Part shown: piece by piece, positions 55,042 through 64,000 of the stretch
How the letters are laid out: every line of letters starts with the position of its first letter
Numbering within the stretch: position 1 is the stretch's first letter
NCBI GenBank assembly: GCA_964506245.1
Contig: CAZDKK010000002.1
Span: 73,982 to 137,981 of the forward strand
Origin: an uncultured bacterium
Lineage (GTDB): Bacteria; Eisenbacteria; RBG-16-71-46; CAIMUX01; WJJG01
DNA length: 64,000 nucleotides
Reading direction: 5' to 3'
The notes under the pieces: generated by a model
Told to the model about the DNA's origin: nothing
Databases searched by the model: none
The model's input: only the letters and a program-made list of their open reading frames with translations
Translations under genes and position numbers: made by a program

Positions 55042-57057
55042 ATGTCCCTCATCACAGCCAGTGGCCTGGCGAAGTCCTTCGGGGCATTCACCGTCTTCCA
55101 CGGGGTATCGCTGCAGATCCCCCGCGACGGCCGCATTGCCTTGGTGGGCCCCAACGGCGTGGGCAAGACCACCCTGCTGCGCATCCTGGCCGGGCTCGAC
55201 GATCCCTCGGCGGGTACCGTCCATCGCGCCCGGGCACTGCGCGTCGGCTACCTGTCCCAGGAGGCGATCGGTGACGCACGTGGTACGCTTTGGGAGAGCT
55301 GCCTCGAGGCGCTGTCCGCACTGCGCGAGCAGGAAGCGGAACTCGCCGGCGTCGAGCGGCGGCTCTCCCAGGCGCCGGAGGATGCGGCTTTGCTGGAGCA
55401 ATACGGCGAGCTCCAGCAGGCCTTCGAGCTGGCCGGCGGGTACACCTACCCGACGCGCCTCCAGCAGACGCTCAGCGGCCTCGGTTTCCGCGAGCGCGAC
55501 TACGGCATGCCGCTGGAGAAGCTCTCGGGTGGCCAGCAGACCCGCGCCCAGCTTGCCCGCCTTCTTCTGGCTGCCCCCGACCTGCTGATCCTCGATGAAC
55601 CCACCAACCATCTCGACATCGAAGCCGTCGAATGGCTCGAGGGCTGTCTGCGCGAGTGGCGCGGTGCGGTCTTGGTAGTGTCCCATGACCGGTACTTCAT
55701 GGACCGGGTGGTCACACACGTCTACGAGCTGCGCTCGTTCGGACTCGAGTCCTTCCGCGGCAATTACACCACCTTCGCGCAGCAGCGCCAGATCCGCTGG
55801 GACGATCGCGCCAACTACATCGCCGCTGTAAAGGAGGAGCTGGAACACGAGCTGGAGTTCGTCCGGAAGCACATCGCCGGTCTGCTGACGAATCAGGCCA
55901 AGGGACGCCTGCGGCGGGTGAGTCGCAAGATTCGCGCCATCGAGAACCACGGCTTCGAAGGCGTGCGCGGCAAGCGCTGGCTCGAGATCGGCACCAGCGA
56001 TCGCACCATGGGTGTGGAGGAGGCCTGGCAGAAGCTCAAGGCCTTGGCGGGCACCGATCATGATCCCGGAAGGATCTCGTTTCACCTGAAGCCCCGGCGA
56101 CATGGCGGGAACATCATCCTGCGCGCCCAGAATGCCTGCATCGGCTATCCCGGTCGTCTGCTCTTCCGCATCGACGAGCTGGCCCTGCAGCGCGGGCACC
56201 GCGTGGCGATCATCGGCGGCAATGGATCGGGCAAGACGACCCTGCTGAGAACGATGCTGGGCGAGGTGGGCGTCCTGAGCGGCCGTCTGCAGATCGGGCA
56301 GGGACTGGACTTCGGGTACTTCACCCAGGCCCACGAGGACCTTGATCCGTCCCGCACGCTGATCGAGGAGATTCAGAGCATCGCCGCCGACATGCAACCA
56401 CCCGAGATCCGGCACTTCCTCGGGCGGTTTCGCTTCTCGGGCGAGGACCATTTCAAGACGATCTCGGTGCTCTCGGGTGGCGAGCGCGGCCGGCTGGCAC
56501 TGGCCAAGCTGTCCCTCTCCAAGGCCAACCTGCTCCTGCTGGACGAGCCGACCAACCATCTGGACCTTCCATCGCAGGAGGTCCTGCAGCAGATGCTGGT
56601 CGAGTACACCGGCACGATCCTGCTCGTCTCGCACGACCGCTATCTGATCGATGCCCTGGCGACCCAGATCTGGGCGATCGATGCCGAACATGCCCGCCTG
56701 GTCGTGTTCGCGGGCGGATACGCCGCGTACAAGGCCTGGCTGGCGGAGTCGGCGGCGGGGGACGTGGCCGAACCGAGCGTCCAGCCGGCACAGGCATCGC
56801 GCGCGGCGCGTGCGCGCAAGCCATCCGTGACCGCATCCGGGGCCCGGGAGCAGCAGCGCCGTGAGGAGCTGGCCCGCGTGGAGGAGACGATCGCGGATCT
56901 CGAGGCGCGCCTCGCGCTGACGGAGGAGCAGCTCGCCCATCCGCCCTCCGATCCGCAGGCGCTGCAGCGTCTGGCGGCCATGCACCAGAGCCTGCGGGAT
57001 GCGGTCGTCGTCTGGATGACGAAGTGGGAAGGGCTGCAGGGCGACCGTGCGCCGTAG
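55042..57057 (+). CDS. ABC-F family ATPase (tandem ABC domains + C-terminal coiled coil; Uup/EttA-like translation factor)
   Basis: Two Walker A sites (GPNGVGKTT; GGNGSGKTT). Two LSGG signatures. No TM domain. C-terminal coiled coil. Start ATG 55042 (MSLITASGL...). Confidence 0.9.
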   Translation: MSLITASGLAKSFGAFTVFHGVSLQIPRDGRIALVGPNGVGKTTLLRILAGLDDPSAGTVHRARALRVGYLSQEAIGDARGTLWESCLEALSALREQEAELAGVERRLSQAPEDAALLEQYGELQQAFELAGGYTYPTRLQQTLSGLGFRERDYGMPLEKLSGGQQTRAQLARLLLAAPDLLILDEPTNHLDIEAVEWLEGCLREWRGAVLVVSHDRYFMDRVVTHVYELRSFGLESFRGNYTTFAQQRQIRWDDRANYIAAVKEELEHELEFVRKHIAGLLTNQAKGRLRRVSRKIRAIENHGFEGVRGKRWLEIGTSDRTMGVEEAWQKLKALAGTDHDPGRISFHLKPRRHGGNIILRAQNACIGYPGRLLFRIDELALQRGHRVAIIGGNGSGKTTLLRTMLGEVGVLSGRLQIGQGLDFGYFTQAHEDLDPSRTLIEEIQSIAADMQPPEIRHFLGRFRFSGEDHFKTISVLSGGERGRLALAKLSLSKANLLLLDEPTNHLDLPSQEVLQQMLVEYTGTILLVSHDRYLIDALATQIWAIDAEHARLVVFAGGYAAYKAWLAESAAGDVAEPSVQPAQASRAARARKPSVTASGAREQQRREELARVEETIADLEARLALTEEQLAHPPSDPQALQRLAAMHQSLRDAVVVWMTKWEGLQGDRAP

Positions 57058-57095
57058 GACCGCGCCAGCGACCGGGTCCCTGCATGGAGTCGGCG

Positions 57096-58028
57096 TCACT
57101 CGAAACGCTCCCCGAAGTGGCTGTTGCGCTTGATCAGCAGCCGTGCGTGCGCGTAGTCGAAGACGAGATTGAATCTGCGCAGCACCGCGTTCGCGAGCAC
57201 GGCGTCGGCCTCGCCCGCCTTCGAGCGAATCTCCGCCGGGGCGAACGCGGCGACCACGTCGTGCAACTCGTGGGGGCCGAGGATGAGCTTGGCGATCCTG
57301 CCCCGCTTTCCATGGATGTCCCCGCTCAGGCCGCGGCCCAGGTAGGCTTCCGTCGTCTCTTGCGGAAGTGTGAGCTTCATGCCGTCTCTGAGCAGCAGCT
57401 CGATGCCCTCGCCCGAGGCGCAGTCGATGTAGGTCTTGAGCGGGATCGGGGCCTCACGATCGACGACGATCGAGACGTCGAGAAAGGGAAGGTTGTTCTT
57501 GCCGAACGTGAGCGGCACCGCTGTCCAGTCGGGCACGGGCTCGAACGCCTGCGGATCGCGCAGAGTGAGGGTGAGGCTGTCGAAGTCGACTTCCACCGCG
57601 TAGTGCCCGAGCAGGGTATAGCCGATCACGCCATCGACCCCGGCACTCTCCATGGTGCCCTCGGACAGGATGATGATGCGCTGATTCACGAACCCCACCT
57701 CTCCGACACGGAAGCCGGCAGAGTCCGAGAAACACGCCTTGGAGGGCGGCCCTCCCCCGGCCCCGGGGATGACGGCATCGATCAGGGTGTGGATTCCGAG
57801 CGAGTCCTTAAGCTCGGGCTTGAAGAGGAGGAGGCCATCGAAGCCCATCCCGGTGTCGAGGATGAGGTGGAGTTCGCGCAGCCCCTCGAACTGCACCGGG
57901 ACCATTGTCTTATCGCGGACCAGGGTGATGGGAACGGAGGGGTCAGCCGCCCAGACGACCGTGCTCGTGAGAGTCAGCGCCAGGGACAGAAATGCTGGAC
58001 GCCACGCCGCGTGACGATAGGGACACAC
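57096..58028 (-). CDS. Secreted retropepsin-like aspartic peptidase-domain protein
   Basis: Signal peptide. Aspartyl-protease signature LILDTGMG. 310 aa. Confidence 0.6.
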   Translation of the reverse strand: MCPYRHAAWRPAFLSLALTLTSTVVWAADPSVPITLVRDKTMVPVQFEGLRELHLILDTGMGFDGLLLFKPELKDSLGIHTLIDAVIPGAGGGPPSKACFSDSAGFRVGEVGFVNQRIIILSEGTMESAGVDGVIGYTLLGHYAVEVDFDSLTLTLRDPQAFEPVPDWTAVPLTFGKNNLPFLDVSIVVDREAPIPLKTYIDCASGEGIELLLRDGMKLTLPQETTEAYLGRGLSGDIHGKRGRIAKLILGPHELHDVVAAFAPAEIRSKAGEADAVLANAVLRRFNLVFDYAHARLLIKRNSHFGERFE

Positions 58029-58489
58029 TGCATTCTTCCTCGTCGTTCCGTTGCACTGGGTCCTCCGCTGCTCGGGCAGGATGGACTGCCGCGGTCAGGA
58101 TAGGCGAGAATCGACCTGGCGCACGGGAGAATTGTCGAGCCCGCGGCGGGTCCATGGCCGCGTTCGCTGCTCGGCAAGGCATGCCTCCTCTGTCTCGCCC
58201 CGCACACGTTTCCTGTATCGCCCCGTGCACATCTGCCCGCCCCTGGGCCGGCCCGCTGCCAGCCAGGGCGACCCATCTGTCCGTGCAACTGCCGCAGCCC
58301 CACGCCATTCAGGCCACCTCGATCGCACCGAATCCGTGATGGCACGGATGTTGGAACACCCCGGGGGCAAGAGCGCGACCCCGGAACCAACAAGACGGCG
58401 GGAGAGACGACAGGGACGACGGGGCCCAGGACGTGGCAAAGCGGCGCGCGGGTGACTCCCCGGCGCAGCGCGGACGGAGGAGGCGAGTC

Positions 58490-59803
58490 ATGAAAGCGTG
58501 GAAGAATGACAGTCGAATGCTGGCGAAGACTGCGACCCTGTGCATGCTGATCGCCATGGGTGGAGTGTTGACCGTGGATCTGTGCGGCTGCGACAGCGAG
58601 GGCCCGACCCGGGCGCACCACACCCCGGTGGGTCCGCCGCCGCCCGGGCCACTGGCTCAGGCCAGCTTCGGTGGGTCGGACCTCACCTTCTGGCCCTACG
58701 TGGGCACCACGTTGGACAGCCAGGGATCGGACCCCGTGAACCTGATCTTCGTGGGCAAGGCGAGCCCGGCCGAGGTGCGCGCGGCCCTCATGGCGCTGGA
58801 CGGCGACCGCAGTGCCGTGGGCCTGCCCCCGATCGAGCCGTTCACATCGACCTGGACGGACGCGAACGGCGATGTGCAGGCCACGTATGCCGAGGATGGC
58901 GGATGGGTCGGGAGTGTGATCCAGCTCCAGCTCGGGGGCTACGGTCCGATGCGCGTGCATCTGCGCCTCTTCGGCACGGACGCGGGCTTCGGCAGCGAAG
59001 GGACCTGGACGCTGGGCAGCGCGCACTTCGAGATGCTCATCCCGGGCACGGCGGATCACCAGGTGCTGAGCTGGGAGCTGGCCGAGGGCGTGGTGGTGGG
59101 CGACCTGGCGCGCAGCGGTCTGCTCGATGGCGCCAAGCCTTCAGTCGCCGTACCCGGGATCAACGCAGCGCCCGGGTATCGCGAGATCCCGGCCATGATC
59201 TACAACGAACTTCCCACGGATCTGCGCAGGCTGATCGACGGCCCGGTTGACAACGTCACCGAGCCCGTGCCCATCAAGACCGACGGCAGCGCCACGCTGC
59301 TCAACCTGGCCGATGCCGCGGGAATCACGGCGGGCAGGTTCACGGATGGGTTCACGATGACCTACGACATGGTGATGCCGAAGCCCTTCTGCGGTACGGA
59401 GGAGAGCGCCTGGGTCCATGTGGCCGGCCCGGTCGAGTTCCACAAGACAGTAGATGTGACGGCTGATGGCGGCTACAGCTTCGCCGCTGGCTACACCGGT
59501 GAGCTGATCGTGACGCCCATGGACCTGACGAAGAACCCGCCGGCGCCTGCCGGACCGTCCTATGCGGCCGTGGTGAGCGACGACCAGGTGGGCTGGATCA
59601 CTGCGCAGGGGTGGGATGTGTCGTCCACCGTCGAGCGGATGGCCAACCGCCCATCCGGCAAGGAGCACCTGCGCGTCGAGCTGCGGCTGGAGTCGGACGG
59701 TGAGCGAGAAGCGCTGATCGACGCGAGCTGTCTGCCCGAGGATGACGCAGACAGCGGGACCTATCAGCGCGGGACGTCTCTCCAGGAGGACCGGTCGCGC
59801 TAG
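58490..59803 (+). CDS. Hypothetical lipoprotein
   Basis: GGAGGAGG RBS. MKAWKNDSRMLAKTATLCMLIAMGGVLTVDLCGC lipobox. 437 aa, no recognised domain. Confidence 0.6.
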   Translation: MKAWKNDSRMLAKTATLCMLIAMGGVLTVDLCGCDSEGPTRAHHTPVGPPPPGPLAQASFGGSDLTFWPYVGTTLDSQGSDPVNLIFVGKASPAEVRAALMALDGDRSAVGLPPIEPFTSTWTDANGDVQATYAEDGGWVGSVIQLQLGGYGPMRVHLRLFGTDAGFGSEGTWTLGSAHFEMLIPGTADHQVLSWELAEGVVVGDLARSGLLDGAKPSVAVPGINAAPGYREIPAMIYNELPTDLRRLIDGPVDNVTEPVPIKTDGSATLLNLADAAGITAGRFTDGFTMTYDMVMPKPFCGTEESAWVHVAGPVEFHKTVDVTADGGYSFAAGYTGELIVTPMDLTKNPPAPAGPSYAAVVSDDQVGWITAQGWDVSSTVERMANRPSGKEHLRVELRLESDGEREALIDASCLPEDDADSGTYQRGTSLQEDRSR

Positions 59804-59880
59804 GCAAACGTGTGGGGATGCGTCATCTCGCTACCGTTCGACAGCCGGCCCCCGATCCACCCGGGTCTGGGGCCGGTGCC

Positions 59881-60861
59881 TCAGTGCTGTGCGATTCGGC
59901 CTGAACCGTTCGCCCCCCGGGCCGAACGCACCAGGGTTGCCTCCTCCGGATGCGGCCCCAGCCAGTTCACCTTGCCGGACGCGAGATCGTAGATGGCCCC
60001 CACGATGGCGACCTCCCGCGCAGCGACCAGCTCTCTGGCCACCGAGCTGCCGGTGAGTAGGTCCTTGATCGCCTGCATGATGTTCGCCCGCACGACGAAC
60101 GGCACGAGGCTCTCGCCGGTGAGGCCGGGATGGAGGCGGCGCGCATCCGCCATCGCGCGCTCGATGTTGTCGAGCAGACCCGGGAGGCTGCCTTCCAGCT
60201 CGGTTTCGGTCGCGACCGCGGTCACCGCGCCGCATTTTTCGTGACCCAGGACAACCAGCAGCGGCGTGTGCAGGTGCCCGATCCCGTACTCCATGGTGGC
60301 GATCTCATCGATGTCCGCAACGTTTCCCGCCACGCGTACAACGAAGATGTCTCCCAGCCCCTGATCGAAGAGGATCTCGGGGGGCACGCGCGAGTCGGAG
60401 CAGCAGAGGATGGTGGCGATGGGGTGTTGCCCCTGCTCATTCAGCTCGGCCAGCCGGGCCGCGTCCTGGTGTGGATGCTGCGGGGTGCCGGCGCGGAAGC
60501 GCTGGTTGCCCTCCTTCAGTCGAGTGAGCGCCTCATCGGACGGGGTGACCACCGGCGCCGCAGCCGGGGCAGATGCATTCGTCCCGTGTTTCTCTGCCGC
60601 TGGCTTGCTCTCCTTCTTCGTCCCGTGCTGCTTGGTCTTGGTCTCCGACCCGTGCTTCTTGACCTTCTTCTCCGAGGAGGATTCGGCGCTGGACGAACCC
60701 ACTCGCTGTCCGACTGCGGCCGTCAAGGTCTCTGATGCGGGCGCAGCGAGCCTTCCTGCGGCCGGGCGCGGCCCCGCCGCGCCGACGAGGAATGCGATCA
60801 GGGTCATCGGCAGAATCCGGGTCGATGCGCGCACGTCCACCTCCAGGGCCCGGGGCTTCAT
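59881..60861 (-). CDS. Periplasmic beta-class carbonic anhydrase with Lys-rich N-terminal linker
   Basis: Zinc ligands CSDSRV ... HEKCGA (C-x-D-x-R ... H-x2-C). Signal peptide. Confidence 0.85.
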   Translation of the reverse strand: MKPRALEVDVRASTRILPMTLIAFLVGAAGPRPAAGRLAAPASETLTAAVGQRVGSSSAESSSEKKVKKHGSETKTKQHGTKKESKPAAEKHGTNASAPAAAPVVTPSDEALTRLKEGNQRFRAGTPQHPHQDAARLAELNEQGQHPIATILCCSDSRVPPEILFDQGLGDIFVVRVAGNVADIDEIATMEYGIGHLHTPLLVVLGHEKCGAVTAVATETELEGSLPGLLDNIERAMADARRLHPGLTGESLVPFVVRANIMQAIKDLLTGSSVARELVAAREVAIVGAIYDLASGKVNWLGPHPEEATLVRSARGANGSGRIAQH

Positions 60862-61050
60862 AGAACCTGCGGTGCCTTTGTCTTATCGGCCCGTGAGGTG
60901 GAGATCATGAACCCGGAGTCGGGGAGGGCTGGCGGGGCGAGCTGCGCAGGCTCGCGCGTCTCGAGAGAGGCGGAAGCGCGGGGGTAAGAGAACCCCCGAG
61001 GGTTGTTCACCCCCGGGGGGTCGTGTCGAGTTCCGCAGAGCGGCCTGCGA

Positions 61051-61737
61051 TCAGCGCCGGCGGCGTATGAGCCCCAGCGCGGCCGGACCGCCAACCACGA
61101 CCCCGAGGAGCACCAACGAGGTCGGCTCCGGCACCGTGGAATAGGGTTCCACACCACCTTCACCCACCCAGACCGAGCCCAGTCCGCTGGAGCCCGTGCC
61201 CTGAAGGTGAAGCGCGGAGTGATAGCTCCCTGACCCGCCCCCGGGAGCGCTGAGGTAGTCGAAGGACAGAGCGCCGATGGAACCCGTGCCGGCGTAGTCG
61301 ATCTGGTAGATCGAGTGCTCGGCGTTCTTGAACCGGCCGTCGCCGGAAGTCGCGAATTCGAAGACGAAGTCGAAGAAGCCGTCCCCGTCGGCCTTGTAGG
61401 CATCGCCACCAGCCCGATGGCCGATGTCAGCAGGCTGCTCGCCGGACAGGTAGGTGAACGTCAGATTGCCGGGATCCTTGTCCGGATCGAAGTTGAAATA
61501 CCACTTGCCGATGAACTCCGTGCTGGAGAGGTTCAGAGCATACATGTCCAGCCGGACCTGATTGGTCCCGATATCCGTGAACTCCGCACGGGCCCAGGGA
61601 GCAGCCCCGAGGGGCTCCTCGCTGCCACTGAAGATGTAGCCCATGTCCCAGACCAGTGCTGAAGCTCCGGACACCCCGACCAAGCTGAGTACGAGGATCG
61701 TGCCGGCGATGGCCAGCCCACGGTTTCCAGGTGTCAC
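61051..61737 (-). CDS. PEP-CTERM sorting-domain protein (exosortase substrate)
   Basis: GTG 61737 with GGGGG RBS gives signal MTPGNRGLAIAGTILVLSLVGVSGASA. C-terminus VPEPTSLVLLGVVVGGPAALGLIRRRR* = PEP motif + TM + Arg cluster. Confidence 0.8.
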   Translation of the reverse strand: MTPGNRGLAIAGTILVLSLVGVSGASALVWDMGYIFSGSEEPLGAAPWARAEFTDIGTNQVRLDMYALNLSSTEFIGKWYFNFDPDKDPGNLTFTYLSGEQPADIGHRAGGDAYKADGDGFFDFVFEFATSGDGRFKNAEHSIYQIDYAGTGSIGALSFDYLSAPGGGSGSYHSALHLQGTGSSGLGSVWVGEGGVEPYSTVPEPTSLVLLGVVVGGPAALGLIRRRR

Positions 61738-62097
61738 GCAATACCCCCTATGGATGTCTTTTCTGGCGTTCTGTTGGTCATCAGAGCGCAGTTGCCCCGC
61801 CAATTATCGGAAGAGTATAGCAGATCGGAGACACTACACTCGTAGATAATCGGCAATTGATTCTCTGATATGCGGTTGCGACGACCTCATGTGTTGACCT
61901 GACCGACTGCGATCCCGGCCGCGTCCTGTGCGTTCTGGGTTGGTTGTGGAACTAGGATTGGTGAGAACTGCAGGATAACTATTTGTGAGATATTCACTTA
62001 GGAGACATGAGTGTCATGCCGGCGGACCTGGGAGGCAAGTCGCGGAGGCTTCGGAAGACAGCCGGAGGTTTCACCAATCTTCGCACCACAACCTGGT

Positions 62098-62793
62098 CTA
62101 CACGCCCAGGATCGTGATCCGAAACACGCAGTCGCTTCCGCCCGTCTTGAGCGACTCCACCAGGTCGACGCGCACGGCCTTGCCCGTGATGCGCTCGAAG
62201 ATCTCCTGCACGTATCCCGTCGAGCAGTAGCAGAAGGTCGGGGAGAGCCCCGGCGGGCCGGATTCGACCAGCGGGCACATGCAGTAGCCATCGCGGATGG
62301 TGAGCCCCCACGGGTTCTGGTGATCGCGCCCCCAGTTGAACGTAAAGCTGACCGTGTCGCCCTCGCGGGTCAGCGCGTACCCGTTCTGCTCGAGGTGCGC
62401 GAGGTACTGATCCAGATCCTCCCGGGATGGCTTTTTGCTCCCCGCGACCCCCGAGGCATGGATGTAGCAGGAGCGCCCGCAGGCCTTCATCAACCGGGCC
62501 TTCGTCTCCTGGTCGAGCATGCTGTCCATGTGGTCCATCAGGGCCTTGATCCAGGACTCGGCCTTCTCGGCCTTGACCCAGCCCGGGGACTCCGATCCCT
62601 TGACCATCCGCTGCTCGAGATCGCTGATCCAGGCGGCCTCGCCCGCCTCGGCCGCGCCGGCCGCGTCGCCCGCGGCCCCTCCGGCGGCACCTGCTTCACC
62701 TGCCCGGCAAGGTAGGGCCCGCCCCAACGCTGCGGCGCAGCACATGGCGCCCGTCTGGGCCACTTTCTTCAGAAACAGCTTGCGGTCCATCAT
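62098..62793 (-). CDS. Hypothetical secreted Cys-rich protein
   Basis: N-terminal hydrophobic signal. Gly/Ala-rich linker. C-terminal CMCP...CYCSTGY cysteine cluster. Confidence 0.45.
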   Translation of the reverse strand: MMDRKLFLKKVAQTGAMCCAAALGRALPCRAGEAGAAGGAAGDAAGAAEAGEAAWISDLEQRMVKGSESPGWVKAEKAESWIKALMDHMDSMLDQETKARLMKACGRSCYIHASGVAGSKKPSREDLDQYLAHLEQNGYALTREGDTVSFTFNWGRDHQNPWGLTIRDGYCMCPLVESGPPGLSPTFCYCSTGYVQEIFERITGKAVRVDLVESLKTGGSDCVFRITILGV

Positions 62794-62823
62794 TGCATCT
62801 CCATCTCATCGCGATCGGCCCGG

Positions 62824-63840
62824 CTACTGGATCCGCGGAGCCTTCACCGCCCCGTTGGCGATGTCGAGCATGGTGATCTTCCCGGCCGCATCCTTGACGA
62901 AGCGAAAGTCGGTGCCCGGGAACCGGATGAAGTACTCTGTCTCCGATTCGGGCACGATCTCGCGCTCCGTGGGCCACCCGGTGCGCTGCAGCATGAGGTG
63001 CTCCCCCATGCGCGTGACGGTGTAGGTCACGCCTGCCTGCTCCGGATGCTGGTAGACGCCGATGCAGGCATCCAGAGCCTCCGGGCTGACCACAGCCTCC
63101 TTGCGCGTCCTGTACAACGGGGCTTCCGTGATCGGCAGCGCATCCCGCGGGCGCGCGAAAGTGGTTTGGTCAACGTCGACGTTGTGCTCGGTCGCAGTGA
63201 ACTCCAGCGTGATCCGCAGGGGATGCTCCTCGTCGCTTTCCCCCAACCGGACGCGATAGGGCCGCGTCACACCCGCCGCCTCGCGGTAGTCCTCGAAGAG
63301 CATGCTGCCTGCCCGCAGCAGCAATCCCGTCTCCCGGTCGAAGGCGAGCTCCATGCGGATGCCCTCAAGGGTCGTGGCCTGGATCGTATACGCCTCGCGC
63401 TCGCCGACCTGCTCGATGCCGGTCGTCGAGAAGTACGGGCAGAGGCTCCGAAGCTTGCTCGGAATCAGCGGATCGAGCAGGAGCTGGAGGTCGAAACGCT
63501 GCGCCGCGCTCATCTCCTGAACCCCACGGGTGTCCTGGATCCAGGCGTCTGCGCCATCGCAGCCGAATCGAAGCTGGTCGCCGTACGAGAACGTGATGTG
63601 CCAGAGCCACTGCCCCGCGGCCGTGGCCGCGGTTCGCACGGGCATCCTCCCGGCCTGCCCTCTGAGGACGGTCCCGCTGCGTTGCTCGGTTCGAACGGCG
63701 AGCAGCGCATCGCCGCCCGCGGCCGCCATCCAGCGCGCGATGACCTCGTCCCCCGGCGGGAGCGGGGCCGCTACGCCCCCGGCGGTGGCCGGGTCGCCGG
63801 TGACGGCGCCAGCGGCGAACGGCAGGCATCCGGCCGCCAC
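62824..63840 (-). CDS. Hypothetical secreted protein with C-terminal DUF3471-like domain
   Basis: C-terminus ...YQHPEQAGVTYTVTRMGEHLMLQRTGWPTEREIVPESETEYFIRFPGTDFRFVKDAAGKITMLDIANGAVKAPRI matches the DUF3471 pattern (the beta-lactamase-associated C-terminal domain). Confidence 0.5.
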   Translation of the reverse strand: MAAGCLPFAAGAVTGDPATAGGVAAPLPPGDEVIARWMAAAGGDALLAVRTEQRSGTVLRGQAGRMPVRTAATAAGQWLWHITFSYGDQLRFGCDGADAWIQDTRGVQEMSAAQRFDLQLLLDPLIPSKLRSLCPYFSTTGIEQVGEREAYTIQATTLEGIRMELAFDRETGLLLRAGSMLFEDYREAAGVTRPYRVRLGESDEEHPLRITLEFTATEHNVDVDQTTFARPRDALPITEAPLYRTRKEAVVSPEALDACIGVYQHPEQAGVTYTVTRMGEHLMLQRTGWPTEREIVPESETEYFIRFPGTDFRFVKDAAGKITMLDIANGAVKAPRIQ

Positions 63841-64000
63841 CAGCGAGAGGAGCCAGAACGCGCGCCGCCGCCCGGACCCAGCGGGTCGACGCGCCCGGCT
63901 GAAGTACCGAGGGCCGGCCGCCTGCCGCGGGGATGGATGCGGCCAAGGCCTGGCGGACGGTGGGCTCGAGGTGAGAGCAGTGGGTGGGACACAGACTTGG

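Noticed and set aside
61738-62097. AT-richer intergenic region with CATGAgtgTCATG palindrome (~61998-62012) upstream of the PEP-CTERM gene
   Set aside because: It is a plausible promoter/terminator region, but the short palindrome occurs once only and no consensus promoter could be assigned with confidence.
1-64000. CRISPR arrays, tRNA/rRNA genes, integrase-flanked prophage
   Set aside because: No regularly spaced direct repeats with unique spacers, no cloverleaf-compatible ~75-nt segments, and no phage structural or integrase genes were recognisable.

Overview
This is a ~70% GC bacterial window that looks like it comes from an uncultivated lineage. It encodes PEP-CTERM proteins, FlgD-Ig/T9SS-like C-terminal domains and an unusual short STWGEIK..FRR tail; the lineage assignment is inference only. 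Coordinates were derived from the ORF track and may be off by ±1 where my own reading disagreed with it.

Layout:
(i) 1-12.7 kb holds a MalT-like STAND regulator that runs off the window (missed by the ORF track), a transglutaminase-like protein, a cupin, a sulfatase-TPR lipoprotein, a PurF-like protein without its nucleophile Cys, a nitroreductase, a secreted beta-helix protein, and a GH36-like glycosidase whose lipoprotein signal peptide is frameshifted in a poly-G tract.
(ii) 12.8-36.1 kb is a large cell-surface polysaccharide locus, mostly on the minus strand. It carries a NeuD/PglD-like acetyltransferase, a PglC-like phosphotransferase, a GT4, a heparinase II/III-like protein, a bi-domain oxidoreductase, Wzz and a Wzy-like protein. 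It also carries WbuX/Y/Z-like acetamidino genes plus an ATP-grasp, a methyltransferase, a phosphoesterase and an SDR. Embedded in it is an NtrC-type sigma54 two-component system. Two near-identical candidate sigma54 promoters, each with an upstream GATTC-N5-GAATC palindrome, precede the adjacent genes.
(iii) 36.1-46.1 kb is an accessory, mobile island. It has one intact rve/DDE insertion sequence and two decayed copies, an orphan Hanks kinase, an amber-interrupted methyltransferase, DUF433/DUF5615 and HigBA toxin-antitoxin pairs, a secreted TPR-CHAT protease-like protein, and a FlgD-type C-terminal gene remnant apparently truncated by the insertion sequence.
(iv) 46.5-64 kb holds a lipoprotein plus a SARP/BTAD-NB-ARC-TPR regulator, an FG-GAP protein with a FlgD-like C-terminal domain, a second beta-helix paralog, an ABC-F ATPase, an aspartyl protease, a beta-carbonic anhydrase, a PEP-CTERM protein and secreted hypotheticals.

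No rRNA, tRNA or CRISPR was seen. No single clearly new multi-gene system could be proven from sequence alone. The best leads are the sigma54-regulon architecture, the composite mobile island and the shared C-terminal tail.
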